The position numbers and the translations under genes were made by a program. Below the pieces are notes generated by a model. The model saw nothing but the letters and a program-made list of their open reading frames with translations, was not told where the DNA came from and ran no database searches. Positions 24,001 to 36,311 of a DNA stretch of 64,000 nucleotides are shown one piece after another. This DNA is from Centroscyllium fabricii. Its lineage: Eukaryota. Every line of letters starts with the position of its first letter. Position 1 is the stretch's first letter. The DNA lies in assembly GCA_051313645.2 (NCBI GenBank), contig JBNRSN020000012.1, forward strand, positions 2,604,001 through 2,668,000, in the 5' to 3' direction.

Positions 24001-27000
24001 GGAGGGACTCAGTGAAGAGTGAGAGTGTGGGAGGGACTGAGTGAAGAGTGAGAGTGTGGGAGGATCTCAGTGAAGAGTGAGAGTGTGGGAGGAGCTCAGT
24101 GAAGAGTGAGCGTGTGGGAGGGATTCAGTGAAGAGTGAGAGTGTGGGAGGCGCTCAGTGAAGAGTGAGAGTGTGGGAGGGACTCAGTGAAGAGTGAGAGT
24201 GTGGGGGGAGCTCAGTGAAGAGTGAGTGTGTGGGAGGAGCTCAGTGAAGAGTGAGAGTGTGGGAGGCACTCAGTGAAGAGTGAGGGTGTGGGAGGGACTC
24301 AGTGAAGAGTGAGTGTGTGGGAGGAGCTCAATGAAGAGTGAGAGTGTGGGAGGAGCTCATTGAAGAGTGAGCGTGTGGGAGGAGCTCAGTGAAGAGTGAG
24401 AGTGTGGGGGGAGCTCAGTGAAGAGTGAGTGTGTGGGAGGAGCTCAGTGAAGAGTGAGAGTGTGGGAGGCACTCAGTGAAGAGTGAGGGTGTGGGAGGGA
24501 CTCTGTGAAGAGTGAGTGTGTGGGAGGAGCTCAGTGAAGAGTGAGAGTGTGGGAGGAGCTCAGTGAAGAGTGAGAGTGTGGGAGGGACTGAGTGAAGAGT
24601 GAGAGTGTGGGAGGAGCTCAGTGAAGAGTGAGAGTGTGGGAGGAGCTCAGTGAAGAGTGAGAGTGTGGGAGGAGCTCAGTGAAGAGTGAGAGTGTGTGAG
24701 GGACTGAGTGAAGAGTGAGAGTGTGGGAGGAGCTCAGTGAAGAGTGAGAGTGTGGAAGGAGCTCAGTGAAGAGTGAGAGTGTGTGAGGGACTGAGTGAAG
24801 AGTGAGAGTGTGGGAGGAGCTCAGTGAAGAGTGAGAGTGTGGGAGGAGCTCAGTGAAGAGTGAGAGTGTGGGAGGAGCTCAGTGAAGAGTGAGAGTGTGG
24901 GAGGTACTGAGTGAAGAGTGAGAGTGTGGGAGGAGCTCAGTGAAGAGTGAGAGTGTGGGAGGAGCTCAGTGAAGAGTGAGAGTGTGGGAGGAGCTCAGTG
25001 AAGAGTGAGAGTGTGTGAGGGACTGAGTGAAGAGTGAGAGTGTGGGAGGAGCTCAGTGAAGAGTGAGAGTGTGGGAGGAGCTCAGTGAAGAGTGAGAGTG
25101 TGGGAGGAGCTCAGTGAAGAGTGAGAGTGTGGGAGGAGCTCAGTGAAGAGTGAGAGTGTGGGAGGGGCTGAGTGAAGAGTGAGAGTGTGGGAGGAGTTCA
25201 GTGAAGAGTGAGCGTGTTGCAGTGACTCAGTGAAGAATGAGAGTGTGGGAGGAGCTCCGTGAAGAGTGAGCGTGTGGGAGGAGCTCAGTGAAGAGTGAGA
25301 GTGTGGGAGGAGCTCAGTGAAGAGTGAGAGTGTGGGAGGAGCTCAGTGAAGAGTGAGAGTGTGGGAGGAGCTCAGTGAAGAGTGAGCGTGTGGGAGGAGC
25401 TCAGTGAAGAGTGAGAGTGTGGGAGGAGCTCAGTGAAGAGTGAGAGTGTGGGAGGAGCTCAGTGAAGAGTGAGAGTGTGGGACGAGCTCAGTGAAGAGTG
25501 AGAGCGTGGGAGGGACTGAGTGAAGAGTGAGGGTGTGGGAGGAGCTCAGTGAAGAGTGAGAGTGTGGGAGGAGCTCAGTGAAGAGTGAGAGTGTGGGAGG
25601 AGCTCAGTGAAGAGTGAGAGTGTGGGAGGAGCTCAGTGAAGAGTGAGAGTGTGGGAGGAGCTCAGTGAAGAGTGAGAGTGTGGGAGGGGCTGAGTGAAGT
25701 GTGAGAGTGTGGGAGGGGCTGAGTGAAGAGTGAGTGTGTGGGAGGAGCTCAGTGAAGAGTGAGCGTGTGGGAGGGACTGAGTGAAGAGTGAGAGTGTGGG
25801 AGGGACTGAGTGAAGAGTGAGAGTGTGGGAGGAGCTCAGTGAAGAGTGAGCGTGTGGGAGGAGCTCAGTGAAGAGTGAGAGTGTGGGAGGGACTGAGTGA
25901 AGAGTGAGAGTGTGGGAGGACCTCAGTGAAGAGTGAGAGTGTGGGAGGGACTGAGTGAAGAGTGAGAGTGCGGGAGGAGCTCAGTGAAGAGTGAGAGTGT
26001 GGGAGGGACTGAGTGAAGAGTGAGAGTGTGGGAGGAGCTCAGTGAAGAGTGAGAGTGTGGGAGGAGCAGAGTGAAGAGTGAGAGTGTGGGAGGGACTGAG
26101 TGAAGAGTGAGAGTGTGGGAGGAGCTCAGTGAATGGTTAGAGGGGGGAATCAGTGAAGAGTGAGAGTGTGGGAGGGACTCAGTGAAGAGTGAGAGTGTGG
26201 GAGGAGCTCAGTGAAGCGTGAGAGTGTGGGAGGGACTGAGTGAAGAGTGAGAGTGTGGGAGGGACTCAGTGAAGAGTGAGAGTGTGGGAGGGACAGAGTG
26301 AAGAGTGAGAGTGCGGGAGGAGCTCAGTGAAGAGCGAGAGTGTGGGAGGGACTGAGTGAAGAGTGAGAGTGTGGGAGGAGCTCAGTGAAGAGTGAGAGTG
26401 TGGGAGGAGCAGAGTGAAGAGTGAGAGTGTGGGAGGGCCTGAGTGAAGAGTGAGAGTGTGGGAGGATCTCAATGAAGAGTGAGAGTGTGGGAGGAGCTCA
26501 GTGAAGAGTGAGCGTGTGGGAGGGACTCTGTGAAGAGTGAGAGTGTGGGAGGAGCTCAGTGAAGAGTGAGAGTGTGGGAGGGACTCAGTGAAGAGTGAGA
26601 GTGTGGGGGGAGCTCAGTGAAGAGTGAGTGTGCGGGAGGAGCTCAGTGAAGAGTGAGAGTGTGGGAGGCACTCAGTGAAGAGTGAGGGTGTGGGAGGGAC
26701 TCAGTGAAGAGTGAGTGTGTGGGAGGAGCTCAATGAAGAGTGAGAGTGTGGGAGGAGCTCATTGAAGAGTGAGCGTGTGGGAGGAGCTCAGTGAAGAGTG
26801 AGAGTGTGTGAGGGACTGAGTGAAGAGTGAGAGTGTGGGAGGGACTGTGTGAAGAGTGAGAGTGTGGGAGGAGCTCAGTGAAGAGTGAGAGTGTGGGAGG
26901 AGCTCAGTGAAGAGTGAGAGTGTGGGAGGGACTGAGTGAAGAGTGAGAGTGTGGGAGGGACTGAGTGAAGAGTGAGAGTGTGGGAGGAGCTCAGTGAATA

Positions 27001-30000
27001 GTGAGAGTGTGGGAGGAGCTCAGTGAATGGTGAGAGTGTGGGAGGAGCTCAGTGAAGAGTGAGAGCGTGGGAGGGACTGAGTGAAGAGTGAGAGTGTGGG
27101 AGGGACTGTGTGAAGAGTGAGAGTGTGGGAGGAGCTCAGTGAAGAGTGAGAGTGTGGGAGGAGCTCAGTGAAGAGTGAGAGTGTGGGAGGGACTGAGTGA
27201 AGAGTGAGAGTGTGGGAGGGACTGAGTGAAGAGTGAGAGTGTGGGAGGTGCTCAGTGAAGAGTGAGAGTGTTGGAGGGACTGAGTGAATAGTGAGAGTGT
27301 GGGAGGGACTCAGTGAAGAGTGAGAGTGTGAGAGGAGCTCAGTGAAGAGTGAGAGTGTAGGAGGAGCTCAGTGAAGTGTGAGAGTGTGGGAGGGACTGAG
27401 TGAAGAGTGAGGGAGGAACTCAGTGAAGAGTGAGCGTGTGGGAGGGACTGAGTGAAGAGTGAGAGTGTGGGAGGGACTGAGTGAAGAGTGAGAGTGTGGG
27501 AGGAGCTCAGTGAAGGGTGAGATTGTGGGAGGGACTCAGTGAAGAGTGAGAGTGTGGGAGGGACTGAGAGAAGAGTCAGAGTGTGGGAGGTGCTCAGTGA
27601 AGAGTGAGAGTGTGGGAGGAGCTCAGTGAAGAGTGAGAGTGTGGGAGGGACTGAATGAAGAGTGAGAGTGTGGGAGGAGCTCAGTGAAGAGTGAGAGTGT
27701 GGGAGGGACTGAGTGAAGAGTGAGAGTGTGGGAGGAGCTCAGTGAAGAGTGAGAGTGTGGGAGGAGCTCAGTGAAGAGTGAGTGTGGGAGGTACTGAGTG
27801 AAGAGTGAGAGTGTGGGAGGAGCTCAGTGAAGAGTGAGAGTGTGGGAGGAGCTCAGTGAAGAGTGAGAGTGTGGGAGGGACTGAGTGAAGAGTGAGAGTG
27901 TGGGAGGAGCTCAGTGAAGAGTGAGAGTGTGGGAGGGACTCAGTGAAGAGTGAGAGTGTGGGAGGAGCTCAGTGAAGAGTGAGCGTGTGGGAGGGACTGA
28001 GTGAAGAGTGAGAGTGCGGGAGGGACTGAGTGAAGAGTGCGAGTGTGGGAGGAGCTCAGTGAAGAGTGAGAGTGTGGGAGGAGCTCAGTGAAGAGTGAGC
28101 GTGTGGGAGGAGCTCAGTGAAGAGTGAGAGTGTGGGAGGGACTGAGTGAAGAGTGAGAGTGTGGGAGGGACTCAGTGAAGAGTGAGTGTGTGGGAGGGAC
28201 TGAGTGAAGAGTGAGAGTGTGGGAGGATCTCAGTGAAGAGTGAGAGTGTGGGAGGAGCTCAGTGAAGAGTGAGCGTGTGGGAGGGACTCAGTGAAGAGTG
28301 AGAGTGTGGGAGGAGCTCAGTGAAGAGTGAGAGTGTGGGAGGGACTGAGTGAAGAGTGAGAGTGTGGGAGGGACTCAGTGAAGAGTGAGAGTGTGGGAGG
28401 AGCTCAGTTAAGAGTGAGAGTGTGGGAGGGACTCAGTGAAGAGTGAGAGTGTGGGAGGAGCTCAGTGAAGAGTGAGCGTGTGGGAGGAGCTCAGTTAAGA
28501 GTGAGAGTGTGGGAGGAGCTCAGTGAAGAGTGAGAGTGTGGGAGGAGCTCAGTGAAGAGTGAGAGTGTAGGAGGAGCTCAGTGAAGAGTGAGAGTGTGGG
28601 AGGGGCTGAGTGAAGAGTGAGAGTGTGGGAGCGGCTGAGTGAAGAGTGAGAGTGTGGGAGGAGCTCAGTGAAGAGTGAGCGTGTGGGAGGGACTGAGTGA
28701 AGAGTGAGAGTGTGGGAGGGACTGAGTGAAGAGTGAGAGTGTGGGAGGAGCTCAGTGAAGAATGAGAGTGTGGGAGGGACTGAGTGAAGAGTGAGAGTGT
28801 GGGAGGGACTGAGTGAAGAGTGAGAGTGTGGGAGCAGCTCAGTGAAGAGTGAGCGTGTGGGAGGGACTGAGTGAAGAGTGAGAGGGTGGGAGGAGCTCAG
28901 TGAAGAGTGAGAGTGTGGGAGGAGCTCAGTGAAGAGTGAGAGTGTGGGAGGGACTGAGTGAAGAGTGAGAGTGTGGGAAGGACTCAGTGAAGAGTGAGAG
29001 TGTGGGAGGGACTGAGTGAAGAGTGAGAGTGTGGGAGGAGCTCAGTGAAGAGTGAGAGTGTGGGAGGAGCTCAGTGAAGAGTGAGAGTCTGGGAGGGACT
29101 GAATGAAGAGTGAGAGTGTGGGAGGAGCTCAGTGAAGAGTGAGAGTGTGGGAGGGACTGAGTGAAGAGTGAGAGTGTGGGTGGAGCTCAGTGAAGAGTGA
29201 GAGTGTGGGAGGAGCTCAGTGAAGAGTGAGAGCGTGGGAGGGACTGAGTGAAGAGTGAGAGTGTGGGAGGAGCTCAGTGAAGAGTGAGAGTGTGGGAGGA
29301 GCTCAGTGAAGAGTGAGAGTGTGGGAGGGACTGAGTGAAGAGTGAGAGTGTGGGAGGAGCTCAGTGAAGAGTGAGAGTGTGGGAGGGACTCAGTGAAGAG
29401 TGAGAGTGTGGGAGGAGCTCAGTGAAGAGTGAGCGTGTGGGAGGGACTGAGTGAAGAGTGAGAGTGCGGGAGGGACTGAGTGAAGAGTGAGAGTGTGGGA
29501 GGAGCTCAGTGAAGAGTGAGAGTGTGGGAAGAGCTCAGTGAAGAGTGAGCGTGTGGGAGGAGCTCAGTGAAGAGTGAGAGTGTGGGAGGGACTGAGTGAA
29601 GAGTGAGAGTGTGGGAGGGACTCAGTGAAGAGTGAGGGTGTGGGAGGGACTGAGTGAAGAGTGAGAGTGTGGGAGGATCTCAGTGAAGAGTGAGAGTGTG
29701 GGAGGAGCTCAGTGAAGAGTGAGCGTGTGGGAGGGACTCAGTGAAGAGTGAGAGTGTGGGAGGCGCTCAGTGAAGAGTGAGAGTGTGGGAGGGACTCAGT
29801 GAAGAGTGAGAGTGTGGGGGGAGCTCAGTGAAGAGTGAGTGTGTGGGAGGAGCTCAGTGAAGAGTGAGAGTGTGGGAGGCACTCAGTGAAGAGTGAGGGT
29901 GTGGGAGGGACTCAGTGAAGAGTGAGTGTGTGGGAGGAGCTCAATGAAGAGTGAGAGTGTGGGAGGAGCTCATTGAAGAGTGAGCGTGTGGGAGGAGCTC

Positions 30001-33000
30001 AGTGAAGAGTGAGAGTGTGGGGGGAGCTCAGTGAAGAGTGAGTGTGTGGGAGGAGCTCAGTGAAGAGTGAGAGTGTGGGAGGCACTCAGTGAAGAGTGAG
30101 GGTGTGGGAGGGACTCAGTGAAGAGTGAGTGTGTGGGAGGAGCTCAGTGAAGAGTGAGAGTGTGGGAGGAGCTCAGTGAAGAGTGAGAGTGTGGGAGGGA
30201 CTGAGTGAAGAGTGAGAGTGTGGGAGGAGCTCAGTGAAGAGTGAGAGTGTGGGAGGAGCTCAGTGAAGAGTGAGAGTGTGGGAGGAGCTCAGTGAAGAGT
30301 GAGAGTGTGGGAGGAGCTCAGTGAAGAGTGAGAGTGTGGGAGGGACTGAGTGAAGAGTGAGAGTGTGGGAGGGACTCAGTGAAGAGTGAGAGTGTGGGAG
30401 GGACTGAGTGAAGTGTGAGAGTGTGGGAGGATCTCAGTGAAGAGTGAGAGTGTGGGAGGAGCTCAGTGAAGAGTGAGCGTGTGGGAGGGACTCAGTGAAG
30501 AGTGAGAGTGTGGGAGGCGCTCAGTGAAGAGTGAGAGTGTGGGAGGGACTCAGTGAAGAGTGAGAGTGTGGGGGGAGCTCAGTGAAGAGTGAGTGTGTGG
30601 GAGGATCTCAGTGAAGAGTGAGAGTGTGGGAGGAGCTCAGTGAAGAGTGAGAGTGTGGGAGGAGCTCAGTGAAGAGTGAGAGTGTGGGAGGGGCTGAGTG
30701 AAGAGTGAGAGTGTGGGAGGGGCTGAGTGAAGAGTGAGAGTGTGGGAGGAGCTCAGTGAAGAGTGAGCGTGTTGGAGTGACTCAGTGAAGAGTGAGAGTG
30801 TGGGAGGAGCTCCGTGAAGAGTGAGCGTGTGGGAGGAGCTCAGTGAAGAGTGAGAGTGTGGGAGGAGCTCAGTGAAGAGTGAGAGTGTGGGAGGAGCTCA
30901 GTGAAGAGTGAGAGTGTGGGAGGAGCTCAGTGAAGAGTGAGAGTGTGGGAGGAGCTCAGTGAAGAGTGAGCGTGTGGGAGGAGCTCCGTGAAGAGTGAGA
31001 GTGTGGGAGGAGCTCAGTGAAGAGTGAGAGTGTGGGAGGAGCTCAGTGAAGAGTCAGAGTGTGGGAGGGACTGAGTGAAGAGTGAGGGTGTGGGAGGAGC
31101 TCAGTGAAGAGTGAGAGTGTGAGAGGAGCTCAGTGAAGAGTGAGAGTGTGGGAGGAGCTCAGTGAAGAGTGAGAGTGTGGGAGGAGCTCAGTGAAGAGTG
31201 AGAGTGTGGGAGGGGCTGAGTGAAGAGTGAGAGAGTGGGAGGGGCTGAGTGAAGAGTGAGAGTGTGGGAGGAGCTCAGTGAAGAGTGAGCGTGTGGGAGG
31301 GACTGAGTGAAGAGTGAGAGTGTGGGAGGAACTGAGTGAAGAGTGAGAGTGTGGGAGGAGCTCAGTGAAGAGTGAGCGTGTGGGAGGAGCTCAGTGAAGA
31401 GTGAGAGTGTGGGAGGGACTGAGTGAAGAGTGAGAGTGTGGGAGGGACTCAGTGAAGAGTGAGAGTGTGGGAGGGACTGAGTGAAGAGTGAGAGTGCGGG
31501 AGGAGCTCAGTGAAGAGTGAGAGTGTGGGAGGGTCTGAGTGAAGAGTGAGAGTGTGGGAGGAGCTCAGTGAAGAGTGAGAGTGTGGGAGGAGCAGAGTGA
31601 AGAGTGAGAGTGTGGGAGGGACTGAGTGAAGAGTGAGAGTGTGGGAGGAGCTCAGTGAAGGGTTAGGGGGGGACTCAGTGAAGAGTGAGAGTGTGGGAGG
31701 GACTCAGTGAAGAGTGAGAGTGTGGGAGGAGCTCAGTGAAGAGTGAGAGTGTGGGAGGGACTGAGTGAAGAGTGAGAGTGTGGGAGGGACTCAGTGAAGA
31801 GCGAGAGTGTGGGAGGGACTGAGTGAAGAGTGAGAGTGCGGGAGGAGCTCAGTGAAGAGTGAGAGTGTGGGAGGGACTGAGTGAAGAGTGAGAGTGTGGG
31901 AGGAGCTCAGTGAAGAGTGAGAGTGTGGGAGGAGCAGAGTGAAGAGTGAGAGTGTGGGAGGGACTGAGTGAAGAGTGAGAGTGTGGGAGGATCTCAATGA
32001 AGAGTGAGAGTGTGGGAGGAGCTCAGTGAAGAGTGAGCGTGTGGGAGGGACTCAGTGAAGAGTGAGAGTGTGGGAGGAGCTCAGAGAAGAGTGAGAGTGT
32101 GGGAGGGACTGAGTGAAGAGTGAGAGTGTGGGATGAGCTCAGTGAAGTGTGAGAGTGTGGGAGGGACTCAGTGAAGAGTGAGAGTGTGGGGGGAGCTCAG
32201 TGAAGAGTGAGTGTGTGGGAGGAGCTCAGTGAAGAGTGAGAGTGTGGGAGGCACTCAGTGAAGAGTGAGGGTGTGGGAGGGACTCAGTGAAGAGTGAGTG
32301 TGTGGGAGGAGCTCAATGAAGAGTGAGAGTGTGGGAGGAGCTCATTGAAGAGTGAGCGTGTGGGAGGAGCTCAGTGAAGAGTGAGAGTGTGTGAGGGACT
32401 GAGTGAAGAGTGAGAGTGTGGGAGGAGTTCAGTGAAGAGTGAGCGTGTGGGAGGAGCTCAGTGAAGTGTGAGAGTGTGGGAGGGACTGAGTGAAGAGTGA
32501 GAGTGTGGGAGGAGCTCAGTGAAGAGTGAGCGTGTGGGAGTGACTCAGTGAAGAGTGAGAGTGTGGGAGGAGCTCAGTGAAGAGTGAGCGTGTGGGAGGA
32601 GCTCAGTGAAGAGTGAGAGTGTGGGAGGAGCTCATTGAAGAGTGAGAGTGTGGGAGGAGCTCAGTGAAGAGTGAGAGTGTGGGAGGGACTGAGTGAAGAG
32701 TGAGGGTGTGGGAGGGACTCAGTGAAGAGTGAGTGTGTGGGAGGAGCTCAGTTAAGAGTGAGAGTGTGGAAGGAGCTCAGTGAAGAGTGAGAGTGTGGGA
32801 GGAGCTCAGTGAAGAGTGAGAGTGTGGGAGGAGCTCAGTGAAGAGTGAGAGTGTGGGAGGGGCTGAGTGAAGAGTGAGAGTGTGGGAGCGGCTGAGTGAA
32901 GAGTGAGAGTGTGGGAGGAGCTCAATGAAGAGTGAGCGTGTGGGAGGGACTGAGTGAAGAGTGAGAGTGTGGGAGGGACTGAGTGAAGAGTGAGAGTGTG

Positions 33001-36000
33001 GGAGGAGCTCAGTGAAGAGTGAGAGTGTGGGAGGGACTGAGTGAAGAGTGAGAGTGTGGGAGGGACTGAGTGAAGAGTGAGAGTGTGGGAGGAGCTCAGT
33101 GAAGAGTGAGCGTGTGGGAGGGACTGAGTGAAGAGTGAGAGTGTGGGAGGAGCTCAGTGAAGAGTGAGAGTGTGGGAGGAGCTCAGTGAAGAGTGAGAGT
33201 GTGGGAGGGACTGAGTGAAGAGTGAGAGTGTGGGAGGGACTCAGTGAAGAGTGAGAGTGTGGGAGGGACTGAGTGAAGAGTGAGAGTGTGGGAGGAGCTC
33301 AGTGAAGAGTGAGAGTGTGGGAGGAGCTCAGTGAAGAGTGAGAGTGTGGGAGGGACTGAATGAAGAGTGAGAGTGTGGGAGGAGCTCAGTGAAGAGTGAG
33401 AGTGTTGGAGGGACTGAGTGAAGAGTGAGAGTGTGGGAGGAGCTCAGTGAAGAGTGAGAGTGTGGGAGGAGCTCAGTGAAGAATGAGAGTGTGGGAGGGA
33501 CTGAGTGAAGAGTGAGAGTGTGGGAGGAGCTCAGTGAAGAGTGAGAGTGTGGGAGGAGCTCAGTGAAGAGTGAGAGTGTGGGAGGGACTGAGTGAAGAGT
33601 GAGAGTGTGGGAGGAGCTCAGTGAAGAGTGAGAGTGTTGGAGGGACTCAGTGAAGAGTGAGAGTGTGGGAGGAGCTCAGTGAAGAGTGAGCGTGTGGGAG
33701 GGACTGAGTGAAGAGTGAGAGTGCGGGAGGGACTGAGTGAAGAGTGAGAGTGTGGGAGGAGCTCAGTGAAGAGTGAGAGTGTGGGAGGAGCTCAGTGAAG
33801 AGTGAGCGTGTGGGAGGAGCTCAGTGAAGAGTGAGAGTGTGGGAGGGACTGAGTGAAGAGTGAGAGTGTGGGAGGGACTCAGTGAAGAGTGAGAGTGTGG
33901 GAGGGACTGAGTGAAGAGTGAGAGTGTGGGAGGATCTCAGTGAAGAGTGAGAGTGTGGGAGGAGCTCAGTGAAGAGTGAGCGTGTGGGAGGGACTCAGTG
34001 AAGAGTGAGAGTGTGGGAGGCGCTCAGTGAAGAGTGAGAGTGTGGGAGGGACTCAGTGAAGAGTGAGAGTGTGGGGGGAGCTCAGTGAAGAGTGAGTGTG
34101 TGGGAGGAGCTCAGTGAAGAGTGAGAGTGTGGGAGGCACTCAGTGAAGAGTGAGGGTGTGGGAGGGACTCAGTGAAGAGTGAGTGTGTGGGAGGAGCTCA
34201 ATGAAGAGTGAGAGTGTGGGAGGAGCTCATTGAAGAGTGAGCGTGTGGGAGGAGCTCAGTGAAGAGTGAGAGTGTGTGAGGGACTGAGTGAAGAGTGAGA
34301 GTGTGGGAGGAGCTCAGTGAAGAGTGAGAGTGTGGGAGGAGCTCAGTGAAGAGTGAGAGTGTGGGAGGATCTCAGTGAAGAGTGAGAGTGTGGGAGGGAC
34401 TGAGTGAAGAGTGAGAGTGTGGGAGGAGCTCAGTGAAGAGTGAGAGTGTGGGAGGAGCTCAGTGAAGAGTGAGAGTGTGGGAGGAGCTCAGTGAAGAGTG
34501 AGAGTGTGTGAGGGACTGAGTGAAGAGTGAGAGTGTGGGAGGAGGTCAGTGAAGAGTGAGAGTGTGGGAGGAGCTCAGTGAAGAGTGAGAGTGTGGGAGG
34601 AGCTCAGTGAAGAGTGAGAGTGTGGGAGGAGCTCAGTGAAGAGTGAGAGTGTGGGAGGGGCTGAGTGACGAGTGAGAGTGTGGGAGGGGCTGAGTGAAGA
34701 GTGAGAGTGTGGGAGGTGCTCAGTGAAGAGTGAGCGTGTTGGAGTGACTCAGTGAAGAGTGAGAGTGTGGGAGGAGCTCCGTGAAGAGTGAGCGTGTGGG
34801 AGGAGCTCAGTGAAGAGTGAGAGTGTGGGAGGAGCTCAGTGAAGAGTGAGAGTGTGGGTGGAGCTCAGTGAAGAGTGAGAGTGTGGGAGGAGCTCAGTGA
34901 AGAGTGAGAGTGTGGGAGGAGCTCAGTGAAGAGTGAGCGTGTGGGAGGAGCTCAGTGAAGAGTGAGAGTGTGGGAGGAGCTCAGTGAAGAGTGAGAGTGT
35001 GGGAGGAGCTCAGTGAAGAGTGAGAGTGTGGGAGTTGCTCAGTGAAGAGTGAGAGTGTGGGAGGGACTGATTGAAGAGTGAGGGTGTGGGAGGAGCTCAG
35101 TGAAGAGTGAGAGTGTGGGAGGAGCTCAGTGAAGAGTGAGAGTGTGGGAGGAGCTCAGTGAAGAGTGAGAGTGTGGGAGGAGCTCAGTGAAGAGTGAGAG
35201 TGTGGGAGGAGCTCAGTGAAGAGTGAGAGTGTGGGAGGGGCTGAGTGAAGAGTGAGAGTGTGGGAGGGGCTGAGTGAAGAGTGAGAGTGTGGGAGGAGCT
35301 CAGTGAAGAGTGAGCGTGTGGGAGGGACTGAGTGAAGAGTGAGAGTGTGGGAGGGACTGAGTGAAGAGTGAGAGTGTGGGAGGAGCTCAGTGAAGAGTGA
35401 GCATGTGGGAGGAGCTCAGTGAAGAGTGAGAGTGTGGGAGGGACTGAGTGAAGAGTGAGAGTGTGGGAGGGCCTCAGTGAAGAGTGAGAGTGTGGGAGGG
35501 ACTGAGTGAAAAGTGAGAGTGCGGGAGGAGCTCAGTGAAGAGTGAGAGTGTGGGAGGGACTGAGTGAAGAGTGAGAGTGTGGGAGGAGCTCAGTGAAGAG
35601 TGAGAGTGTGGGAGGAGCAGAGTGAAGAGTGAGAGTGTGGGAGGGACTGAGTGAAGAGTGAGAGTGTGGGAGGAGCTCAGTGAAGGGTTAGGGGGGAGAC
35701 TCAGTGAAGAGTGAGTGTGTGGGAGGGACTCAGTGAAGAGTGAGAGTGTGGGAGGAGCTCAGTGAAGAGTGAGAGTGTGGGAGGGAATGAGTGAAGAGTG
35801 AGAGTGTGGGAGGGACTCAGTGAAGAGCGAGAGTGTGGGAGGGACTGAGTGAAGAGTGAGAGTGCGGGAGGAGCTCAGTGAAGAGTGAGAGTGTGGGAGG
35901 GACTGAGTGAAGAGTGAGAGTGTGGGAGGAGCTCAGTGAAGAGTGAGAGTGTGGGAGCAGCAGAGTGAAGAGTGAGAGTGTGGGAGGGACTGAGTGAAGA

Positions 36001-36278
36001 GTGAGAGTGTGGGAGGATCTCAATGAAGAGTGAGAGTGTGGGAGGAGCTCAGTGAAGAGTGAGCGTGTGGGAGGGACTCAGTGAAGAGTGAGTTTGTGGG
36101 AGGAGCTCAGTGAAGAGTGAGTGTGTGGGAGGGACTGAGTGAAGAGTGAGAGTGTGGGATGAGCTCAGTGAAGAGTGAGAGTGTGGGAGGGACTCAGTGA
36201 AGAGTGAGAGTGTGGGGGGAGCTCAGTGAAGAGTGCCCGGCCTGCTAGTCTAGAACGCCCGATCCCAAATCGACCTCG

Positions 36279-36311
<33 letters not shown>

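Noticed and set aside
9602-36023. Minus-strand ORFs rich in [16 protein letters not shown]
   Set aside because: Translations of the 29-bp satellite cycling through frames; no coding evidence.
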